Shown here: positions 1 to 11,049 of the stretch, one piece after another
How the letters are laid out: every line of letters starts with the position of its first letter
Position numbering within the stretch: position 1 is the first letter of the stretch
Position numbers and translations under genes: made by a program
The notes under the pieces: generated by a model
What the model saw: the letters and a program-made list of their open reading frames with translations, nothing else
Databases searched by the model: none
Told to the model about the DNA's origin: nothing
Source: Ptychomitrium polyphyllum
Lineage: Eukaryota
Reading direction: 5' to 3'
Length of the DNA stretch: 64,000 bases
Assembly: GCA_973851085.1 (NCBI GenBank)
Contig: OZ316776.1
Coordinates: 8,556,001 to 8,620,000 of the forward strand

Positions 1-2199
1 ATCATATATTTTCAATATTAATATTTTGATATACATTAACAATTTGAAATTTTGAAAAGTTCAAGAGACATTAAAGAACAAATTTTCTAAAAAATATTGA
101 TTTTTGGATATCACTTATAAATAATTCATTTTTTGAATTTTTAATATAACTTTTTATTTGTCATTCTTACAAATATCACGATTATTTCTCTTTGTGGCAT
201 TTCGCAGCATTTATAATTGTCCTCACTTACATGCTAGTCATCCTTATTTCCATACATTTTATCATCTACATTTAACCATCTTTCAAATCCAACATCAGTT
301 TATTATTTTTTCAAATTTTCCATTGTTTTAAAAAATTTGGTTAAAATACATTTGTCTATGATATCAATTTCTTTTGATAAATTTTTTTAAATTAAAGATA
401 CATGTATCTGTTAAACTAGTAATTTTATAGATCCTACTTGAGCAATTCTTAAAACAAAAAAGCGTCAAATTTAATTTCCTTTTCAAATTATACTAATTAT
501 GCGCATATAAGACACCATATTCCTACAAGATTAACTTTTTAGAGCCTAAAACTATTTTTGAAGGATTCTATTTTGCTATGGATATTTGTATATAGAATGA
601 GGTTAATATTATAAGTAAGCTCTTTTGAATAACTCAACCATTGGAATTTACATGTATTGATTTTAATATAAGTTTGATACTTGATACTTTAATACATGTT
701 TTTATATTTAATGCTTATCTTAACATATTGATATTAACATGTTCCAGTTTAACAATGCAATTGAAAAGATTTTGCTTATTTATCAAAATGCGTTGCTGTT
801 GTCTTCCAATGTTTTTTTCAAGTGAATGTCATTTAAATTGAAGCCATGCAATAATGCTAATTCTTTTGATAGGATTTGGAACTCATACATTATATTTGAT
901 AGGATATGGAGTTCATCTTTAAATCTTATAAAATACAACTTTGTATGTTTAATTTTGAATTTTGATACAATACATTGTAAATTCCTTAAGGTTTGTTTTC
1001 ATTTAGAAGTGAAATAATCATGCCTAACTTCTTTTTGGGCTCAAAAATGTGATGTCTTGTAATATTCTTATATTCTATATTTTTCATACTATCACAATAT
1101 TTATTTTGATGCAAAAATTCATATACAAATATACTTAACAATGATGTGTCAATCAATTTTAAATTTTTTTCAATAGAAGCACAACAAACTTATCATTCTT
1201 TAAACCTCTAGTTCCAAAGAACATTATTAGAACACAAAAAATATCATGTGATATCAAATATAGGATTTTTTTGAATTCCTAATGCTAAGTTTATTTTTAA
1301 TAATGGCAAGGTCTCTATTTGATAATGTTATTTTTAGAATTAAAATAAGTTGCTTCAAAATCATCTTGAGAATATTTCAAAAACATATCCAAATTGTGTT
1401 GTAAACATTTTGTTAAATTATAGAATATATATTTATATGATAACTTCCAAACCAAATATTCTTTATTGAGTGTGATTCCCATTTAAAAGTATATATGGTC
1501 CTTCCAAACTCCAAACTCAACCTTCATTCATTGTTCAATATTATTCATTATTCTTCATGCCTAGTTAAGTGACCAAATCTTGGCCTTTGGCTTATAAAGG
1601 TATATGATGCATGTAAGACCAATCGCATGGATTCCTAAACATAGGAGGAAAAAGATGCAAAAAAATAATTAGTAGCGTTGTACATATTTTTTTTCTTCTT
1701 TTTTCTTAATTCAAATGAACTACTTTACTTCAGGAAGCATCAAAGCAACAACACAGAATCGAGCCAGAATACAACCATGACTGGCAAGAGAAATTTTGCA
1801 AACAATAAAGAATCCAAAGAGCTCTGATTTACAAAACATGCTTCTCTAGCCCAAAAAGTCAGAACAAACGAAAAGTAACTGGAGGCTGAGAAAAGGCGAC
1901 CAGTTCCTATAAAGCTCCCCAAGTGCAACATTGCTGCCGGAGCCTCTCCCTAATGACTGGGCCACAAGCTCCATGACACTCCTGCAAACCTTCAATCTTT
2001 GTAGCACTGGAAAATGCTCAGACCAGTGGACATGTATTCATGAAAGCCCACTCCAGTGTGTGCACAAGCATCAGTAGTTGATGAGAAGGTTTGGCAGGAG
2101 CTTGACTTTGTAGTAGAGTCACAGAGCATGCTTGGAATGCATGGCATTGCCATCTGCATACAGGAATCATGAGATCCAAAGCTGGGCTGAGAGTTGTCC

Positions 2200-5100
2200 T
2201 CATCGGCTGTCGTAGTGACGGCTGGCTTCGATAGCGCTGCCGGAAATTTTCCTGAGGTTCGCCTTCTTGGCCTTTTGGCAGCGTTTGGCATAAGTCTCCA
2301 TGAGGCCTGCATGAAGACCTCTGGCTTGCACTGCTGTCATGAGTTTAGGCGAGGCTGCTTGAGGAGAGTGCTTTCGAGGTGGACTTTTCATGCTTCCAGT
2401 CCCCAGAAGTTGGTAGCGTCCGTCTGGTCTCATCTCCCACGCTTTTCGACGGTCGCACAAGCAGGCATCCAACATCTCCTGACATCACGAAAAACATTAT
2501 CCAGTCTGTGAGTCCGAACTTGGAAGAAAGAGGTAAGCTTCGGACGATATGTGTTGAGCATGTACGAGTAGATTTGCAAGGGGCATCGAAAAGGACACAC
2601 AAGGACTCTGAAGGAGTTTACTACGTCCACTTTTCAATTGATGTCTAAATGATACTCAGATGATATTTCGTGAGATGTAAGTGATACGCACGTGTTTATC
2701 TTGCAAAGTTGGTAAGATTACTTGGTTGTCAAGCTGTCTAGTCACCTTGTGATAATCCTTCTGGTTTAGCTTACCTGTAGTTCCTTCTTCAGGGCCTCAT
2801 CTTCAACGGGGGTCACAACTTCAACTCGAAGTGTGAGGTTGCGAGTCATCCAATCAGCTGATCCTATGTAGTACTCTGCCTTCCCTCCTTAGAAAACAAT
2901 ATATACAGTTTAGGAAGACTATGACGACAAGTAAGATACCGGTAAAAACATTTGCCTTGCCAGTGAGAAACTATTTCCTGGAAGGTGTGACCACATCAAC
3001 TCGTTTGCAAATATCAGCATGATGGCATTTCCCTAAAACCCGAAGTATAAAGTAAGCATCAGCTCACCATTTTCAAAGCGGAAAATTCGATGATGCTCCA
3101 GAAACCTTCCAAGGATGCTGACCACCCGTATGTTTTCGCTGTAAAAAACTCACCATTTTCAATCCCCCATGCGCACATTCCGATGTTAGAGATCAAAAGG
3201 AGACCCAAGTTTTACTTCTATGCTGCAGCAGAACGAGAACCTAGCTACTGACCACAATATTGATCTGAAAAGTAAAATGATTCAGAAGGAATGAAATACC
3301 TGACATTTGGAATTCCGGTGCGAATGCGACATATGCCTCGAACAATGCAGTCAATTTTTACTCCTGCTCTAGAAGCTTCATACAACCTTGCCACCATCAT
3401 CTGTTAATGAAAACAAGTCTTTCTGTAAGCTTAGACTTCTTCCTTCCTACCAATAATCTTCCACACAATAATATTATATTCCATATTCGCTTGTTACATT
3501 AAAGCTCTTGGAAATCTAAACCATATATAGGTTCAAATTGTGAGCTCAAATATACAGAGTGTACCTGGTCATCAAGACCGTTACACTTGACGATGATACT
3601 TGCAGGCTTTCCTGCTTGGGCATTGGAGATCTCCCTGTCACAAACTCACACGTTTCAGAAAAACAGTGAGATTTGAATAATTTCGTGCACTTTCGATCCG
3701 TGCAGATACAAGAATCACATTTGTATGCTGAAATGCACTCATAGATAAGTCTCTTCTCTAGGGCTGGCATTCGCTCAGTCAAATTTTGTTCCATACCCAG
3801 AAAAACATGCAAATTCAATATAGGTACCTCTCTATCAGAAAGATAAACTCATTTCGCATGGTTCCTGGTGCAACTAACAACTTGCGGTAAGCCACCTGCA
3901 AAAAGACTTCCCAAATGGTTTCTTATCACTTGAATGATAAATGTGGAACTGACAATGACAACATACACATCACATTTAATTCTTTTTTTCTCAAGCCCTT
4001 TAATACTTGCGGTCATGGCATAAAAATGATCCATTCTGTTTCTCTAAGAATGCACAAAGTAATCTCTCTGAAGAGGTTCAAGCCTCTTTTAATACGAAAC
4101 CTGTCTGCGATAACCAGTCAAATATTTGAAGAGATCTGCAACATCCATCCCCAGGTCAGGATCACAGCTGCACAAACACAGCAAACGTTTAGTCTTTCAA
4201 CAAACAAACTGTTGTTGCAATGAATCCGTGAGTGTTCTTTGTCACGTCAAGTAACACAAACTTATGTAGATACATTTGTGACAAGACGTCATACCTGAAA
4301 AGACCAAAGTCTGTGTAAACCGACGCTGTGCGAGGGTTATAATTCCCAGTCCCTATATGGACGTAAGTTTGGAGTCCATCCTCCTCCTGTACAACGAGTA
4401 GCAAATTATTTTACTTCCAGAGCCGTTTCATTAGCTGTGCATAACAGATTCACAGCATTGAGCTACCAAATGCATGAGGTCAAATTTCCTTTTGGTAGTA
4501 GTCTATGCATCAGATAAAACAAGAGAATGTATTATATTCAACTAAGATGTTTCAGAGTACAGAAACAAGAGGTTAACAGAACTGTAAGATACCTTCCGTA
4601 CTACCATGATGCATTTACAATGTGTTTTGAGTCCCACCAGTCCATAGGCAACGTTACAACCGGCATCCTGCAAGCACAAGAAGGACAATGTAAAATACAA
4701 TCCAGTATCATGGACATTGACAGCATAGAAATGACTATTAACATTTAAACAGATATATGCTCAAGTGTACTATAAAATACACCAGCCCTCCAGAATCTGA
4801 AGTTTGAACAACTTACTCCCAATTTTTGGGCAAATCCCATGTTTCGAACTTCATCAAACCGAGCTTTTAACTCCACCAGCACAGCCACCTGCTTTCCGGA
4901 TTCAGCAGCTTTCGCCAGTGCAGAAATGATGGGGCTGTCGTTGTTGGTGCGATATAAAGTGGCCTTAATGGCTGCAACCTGCAATTTTTACATTCTCATT
5001 TTCTTTTAAGGAAGATACTGAACAAAATACATTAGAGTTATCCTGAAAGTATGGAAAAACAGACGGCATGGACTGTAATTTTGTAAATACACCATGAGAT

Positions 5101-8100
5101 TCGCTATTCTGGGACCACCAAGCTTACTGCAAATGTCATAGTGCTTGAAACTTGTGAAGTGTAACCCTTTGTAATCGAGGATGTATCTTCGCAAATCTGC
5201 AGATTTGCGAAGAAATCTGCAAATTTTCTGCAAATTATCTCTTTAAAGAATACAGCCCTGATTTTAAACTATGGGTCGCTGTGTGCCTTTGGATCATTTG
5301 CAGCCGCTTCCACAAAGTGTTGAGTACTGGTTACAAAACTGTGGTAAGGATGATGAAGAAGAATGTCTCCTTTCCTCATAACTTCAAAAACATCAGCCTG
5401 CACAAGTTGATGAGGAATCTTCGCAACAGATTCTCATGTGTTCGCAAATAACGAAATGCATTGAATGGCAGATGAAAGAAGACGCTCACCCCTTGTAACC
5501 GAGGATGTGTCTTCGCAGTCCATGGGGTGTAAACAAGCGGTGAATTCATTTCAAGCTTGACTGGCACTGAATCTAGATCTGTTTACAGCAAACGATCAAC
5601 CTATAACGATAGAAAAAAGTTTTACATAAACTCCCAAAGTTTTTAAAGCGATAGCCAACAACTAACTTGGCCTAAACTAACATGATCACACCTGCCTGGT
5701 TATCATCCACAGACGTTCGTTGAGCTGTAATACAACCATAGCTGAATTTCCAAGCTCCCAAGAGAGTTCTTGGCTATAAACCATATTTTGCTGAAGTGAT
5801 TGTAAGGTTTCTTACCTCCAAGTGCCACAGGTCCATGGATAATGTAGACATCATCTTTATTACGAAGACCCAGTTCCAAAGTCAACCGATGGACAACTGC
5901 AAGGGGCATCTCGTAGTCGACTTCCAGTCGTACAAAGGGAGCAAACCTAAGCTCTCTCATCTATTTCAGAATATATGAAAGAAGTGAGTTCCAGGTAAGG
6001 GTGGCTCAATCAGCGAAGTGCAGTATTGTGCGAAAAAATATGCTTATGAATAGAGCTGCATTCTTACCTCGTCAGTTATCATCTCTAGAAGGTCTTCAGC
6101 TTCGTCCTCGTTCCGAGCAACATCTGCATTTCGTGTCGTCCTGAACACATGTGCAGACTTGATGTCCATTCCACCAAAAAGAAGATCCAAGTTGCTTATA
6201 ATAATTTGTTCCACTGACACAAATGTGTTCCTGTTCTGTCTGGCCAGGTACCCAATCCTTTCAGTTGTAAGAAACCGTCAGCAAGCATCTTAATTATGGT
6301 CCAGAAGTTTCTAGAAAATGTACAGACAAAGAATCCTAATCTAGGAAATATGCTCGTTGAATTGTTTATATTTTGTGAACGTACTTATCAAATTTCGTAA
6401 ATGCCAAGCTCTTCCACCGCTCCAATCCAGAGGGTACAGAAACAATGGCAAATTGCATTGCATCATCATAAGGGTCTCTAAGGACCTGCATACCCAGACG
6501 ACTTTAGCTGGACCGTATTGTCATTCAAAAGGCCAGCGTACATTCTATGGGGATCTTGTCAAAGCGTATATGGTGCTATCAATACTCGCCTTCATCACAT
6601 GCTCACTGTGATCAGCAAAAGTTGCCATGGGCATTAAATTTGAGATATGAATAGTTTGCATTAAAGACAAGGAACCATACCACTGCAATACTTGACGTCA
6701 TGTTGCCAATGTACGGAAATGGATGTCCTGAGTCCACTGCTAAAGGAGTAAGAATAGGCTCCAAGGATGATTTGAAGTAGAGCCTGAGCTGAACCAACAT
6801 AATATTGAGTTAAAAACAATAAGGTTTTATAAAGTTTTAAAATGACATATTCTTTAATCAAAGCATACAAACTGCTTGTATGGCGAAGCAAAAAAATTTA
6901 CTTCAGAAATTATTTATCAGCCTGCGGAGGCTTCTACAGATTATACACCTCCTAAATATCCGTATAGATCAGAACCGTGTTGTTAAGTGCTACAACAAAT
7001 GGTATAGAAACATTAGCCATAATAGTCCATCGAAATGAACGAGCAAGACAAAACGTATAAATGTGAAATAAACAGTGAGTTTCAAATGTGAAGAGGAAGT
7101 ACCAGATCCTTCTCATGCAAATGAAGCTCATCATAATTTACGAGATTTACCCCTTTCTTCTTCAGTGCTGGCAAAACGTCATCCGTTAAGCAAGCAATTT
7201 GGGTGTCCACCATCAACCGGACTTCCCTGAGACAAAAGTTACAGTTAGTATCCCAGACTTCAATACATTGCCTTCGTTTGAGCTGACAAATTTTCTGGCA
7301 TCTCCACCAGTGGTCCATCATTTTTTAACTCAATTGGTTGTCCAATCAAGCTAAAGCAGCATTTTTGGAAAATGATTGGAAAAAATTGCATGCATTGCCT
7401 CTCAAGATGTACGCACCGTGCAACATTTTTCAGCTGTTGGTGAGGAGTGCAGGCCATTCGTGGTTCAACATTGATGAGATTCTTCACCCCTGCAGCTTCT
7501 TGCCTTTTCAAGGCTCCAACACGCTTACAGAAGAACTCGTCCAAATTACGAGCAGAAATGGCCAGAAATCGCAGCCTCTGCAAATTATGATGACACAGCT
7601 GAACAGATATACTCTTCTATGTAAGCGATAACGCATTTATCAACAAGGGGAAATTAAGAGTAAACCCACACCAGACTCATACCTCAAGGAGCGGTGTGCG
7701 AGCATCAATTGCCATGTGCAGCACCCGCCAGTTGAAAGCAAGCCAGCTGCAAACCAAACCAAACCAAATCAAAATGGTCATTGTGTAATAAACGTAGAGA
7801 ATAATCTTAGAGAGGCAACATGTATGTGGTGCTTCAACATTTTCTCAATCAAGGCAAGACTTTACAAGTCAAAGAGGACATTGCACCTGAGTTCTTTATT
7901 GTAAACCGAATCTGCTACCACCAGCGTCTCTATTCCCATCCCTGCAACATCAGCTTCAAGCCCTTCTTGTTTCTGGGACGGCATGGTGACATTCCCGGTA
8001 ACAGGTGGCAGACATACCTGAACGGGAAGCTCAACTTTCTGGGAAGCCCTCGCCTTCCTTGGCTTTGGTTTTGTATCGGTCACCTGATACAAACTCTCTC

Positions 8101-8698
8101 TGAGTGAAGAGCCACAACAGCAACAAAACTAGGCCAAAGCCAAAGACAAGGCGAAGGTGGAAGACATGCGCACATAAATTAACATTGGTTGCAAACCTAG
8201 GAAACTCACCCATGGCCGCGTAACCTTGAACTTCGAAGCCAGCTGTGAGGTGACATAAATTTCCTTGAATTCCTCTTCCCTCGAAAGCAGAATACTACCG
8301 TTCTTCCCATTAAGAAATGAAGTATCTGCGTCATTGCTATTGTCAGAGAATTCATGCCCTCCTTCAGTATATGCAGCGCCTTGAACCACAGTGTCTGCCT
8401 GGACGCTTCCCGCTCCCCTACCCCCAACTATGCTCGTTGTCAACCATGTTGAGTTACTGGGCGCATTCAGACCCCTTGGATGCCTTAAATCCTCCCCTTC
8501 AGGACTGATGGCCGAGCGCGCTGCCCCAGCGATGGTGGCTTCTGTCGATGTTGCCGCTTCCATTCTCGTAGCATTTAGAGCTTTCTGCATCGGTGAAAGT
8601 TGGCTCTCGGCTCTCGTGCAGGAAGGGAGAGGCCCGAGGGAAGTTGAAGCTGGGACAGTAGTGATGACTTTCCAGGACTCAAAGTTCGCTCCACGCAT
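2200..8698 (-). CDS. PPK1: Polyphosphate kinase 1 (bacterial-type PPK1), spliced, about 21 coding exons, with a long N-terminal extension
   Basis: Exons join in frame to give PPK1 motifs in canonical order: [15 protein letters not shown] (about 7905-7720), [80 protein letters not shown]...[27 protein letters not shown] (phospho-His, about 4620), [43 protein letters not shown]. Stop at 2200-2202. The start codon and the exon-2 acceptor are uncertain. Confidence 0.95.
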
Positions 8699-8730
8699 GT
8701 TGACCCCAAGCCACCAGCAGCAACCCCCAT
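8575..8730 (-). other. Possible upstream ORF (51 aa) overlapping the PPK1 start out of frame
   Basis: ATG at 8730, just after a candidate acceptor (GAGCAG|ATATCAATG), reads [23 protein letters not shown]...HRCRKL* to TAA at 8577-8575 and spans the PPK1 ATG at 8698. Confidence 0.3.
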
Positions 8731-9424
8731 TGATATCTGCTCAATCACTTAATTGAAAAAGTATCATGTCGGAGCTCGTTCTGAAGCCAGTCCCGTAATC
8801 AATAGCTGAACTGCAGCTTAGAGTTCACCTGTAGATTCTGGCAACAAACTTGAGAAAATAATAGAGACAGCCAGCAAGGTTCTCCCCAACAAGATACAAC
8901 TCATCATAATACAACACTCACTGCAAGTGCACTAGAGACAAGCAATCTAGGAAAAACGGAAAAACTTTCAGAAATTCGCAAACAATGGTTGTCCTTCTCT
9001 CTCTGAATCCCATAATCCCAATGCAAACAACAGAGCTGAAAGTCAATTAGGACTCAGAGGTTGTGCACACACTCACACACAATAACAATGCTGTTTGGTG
9101 ATCTCCAGCTCCGCTCAAACACGAAGAGCGTGAGCTTGTCGCCATTTGGGGGTTCCGGAGCTTCACAGCTACAACCAAAGCTCAGCAGCAAATGCAGTCG
9201 CACGTTCACTTCCAATTCTTGTACTCTTCTCCCATTCTTCTCGACAGAGCTGGACAGGATCGGGCATCTTGTGATCAATGAATCGCAACCGCAGACTCTT
9301 GTAGAATCCATGTTAGTGTTCAAGATTATAGATGCATTCAATGGCAACTTCTCGCAGGGTGTGGGTCACGCGCCTTCGATCACAAGAAGTTTGCTGGAGT
9401 TTCCTGGGGATAAATGTTTCGGCT

Positions 9425-9479
9425 GATACCTATGTGATACTAAGGTTATACTTATGTGATACCCACGTATTACTCCTGT
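9425..9479. repeat. Degenerate 11-bp tandem array (GATACYYAYGT-like, 5 copies)
   Basis: gatacctatgt gatactaaggt tatacttatgt gatacccacgt attactcctgt. Confidence 0.55.
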
Positions 9480-9938
9480 GGCGGTAGTGACACGATGAGC
9501 CTGCCTAGGTGCCCAGATGTCGCACTTTTCGTTCTCGTAACGGCGATACGTTCAACCTTCGCCGTTGTGGGAGGATGTGGTTAGGTGTTCTGAGAGCATT
9601 GATGTTGTAAAAGCTGGCTAACTTTTGCCTGAGGATGTGATTGGAGCCGTTGTGGCAAAGGTTGCGGCTCATTTAGGCTCCATAATAATGGTGGTTCTAG
9701 TCTCAGACCGAGTTAGTGTAATTGGCCTAGAAATGGAGGAGCCGCTGTAGGGGTCTTGATTAGACTGAGGAACCTACAATTACCCCAAGTACTCACCCTC
9801 AGACTCTATCCCCATAATCATGTGCTTCCTAAAACAAAAATGAAAAGCAGTTTGCAAGCTCCATTTGATGCAGCGTTATCCTTCTGTTGTGAAGTTTGTT
9901 TGCGGCAAAAAGTTGCAAACTTCCCTCTAAACTTCACA

Positions 9939-10017
9939 GGGTACAGCCCGGGTACAGCTGGGTACAGCCTTGGTACAGCCTTGACTCTTTAGTGATGTGG
10001 GTGTACTCTAGTGGTAC
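9939..10017. promoter_or_regulatory. GGTACAGC tandem array; cluster of six GTAC cores (SBP-box/CuRE-like) in the PPK1-GSH1 intergenic region
   Basis: gggtacagccc gggtacagct gggtacagcct tggtacagcct, plus GTAC at 10003 and 10014. The repeat is directly visible; the regulatory role is inferred. Confidence 0.5.
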
Positions 10018-11049
10018 GTGATTCATATATAGTGAGGAATCTACAAGAATAGGAGTATCATATGAGTGTCGGCTTATTACTAAGTGGCAATCCTTCTAAT
10101 TGAAGTGGTTCAATATAGTTTTCTAGAATTCATACATTTTTTAAAGGGGAGTTTGACTCATATTGAAGGAAAAGTGTATAATTATATATTATGAAATATG
10201 TTTGAAGGGAAAGTGTACAAATTATTTATTGATTTGGTGTTAGTAATTTTAAGTATCAATATTAACGTACAAGTATAAATAGTTTAAAATTGCTTTGTGA
10301 AAAACTTGAACTAATAAGATCACTTGTACAATGCTCATATTTTTTTAGAATAGAAGCAAACTCATAAAACAATAACTAGAACAAAAGTTTTAATCCATAT
10401 ATTTAACAAGGTAGCATATTTTGCAAGCTTGAAACAATCAATTTTTCATTTGATTACTAATCTACATAGTGTTTAATATTCAAGCTCAACAAACTGTAAA
10501 ACAGAATGATACCTTCGCAAGCTTCAATTTTACCTTCCATGCCTTTCACAAAAGTATTGCGCACAGGTAAAATGGCTAGTGCAAAGAACGTCGTCTCCCA
10601 AACCTTCACAGCCACAGCAACTCCACAACTGGGTGATGTGCACCCTGGAAAACACACCAAAGGTGCACTAGAGACATTGCACCAATCTCGGGAATGGGAC
10701 CCACAACGATGACCCCTGACCGTGTCCACCGTCCGATGACGCCGATCGCATTAGCCAGCTGCTGCTCGGGAACGTTCCCTCGTAAGCACGCCCGTGACCA
10801 CGAGTTCCCGTCAGCACGCTGCCACCGGGCGCCCATCGCGACCGTCCACTGTGGGTGCCCCCACCACCACCGGATCCTCCACGGTGTCCCACACACTGGA
10901 TCTCTCTCTGTCTGTGTCGTGTTTTGTGTTGTGTTTTGTGTTTTTTGTGTGTGTTTCTGTGTTGCGGCGTTGCTGGCCACTACAGGCGCGCTTCCTTTGG
11001 ATCGCGCTGCGGCTCGGGGGCATCGAGCGTTGGCCACAGAGGTGGCAGC

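Noticed and set aside
1..1700. Short ORFs in AT-rich DNA (also 21-28 kb and 56-60 kb)
   Set aside because: F/L/I/K/N-biased chance ORFs without motifs.
2200..8698. Bacterial contamination as the source of PPK1
   Set aside because: About 20 spliceosomal introns and gap-free contiguity with plant GSH1.
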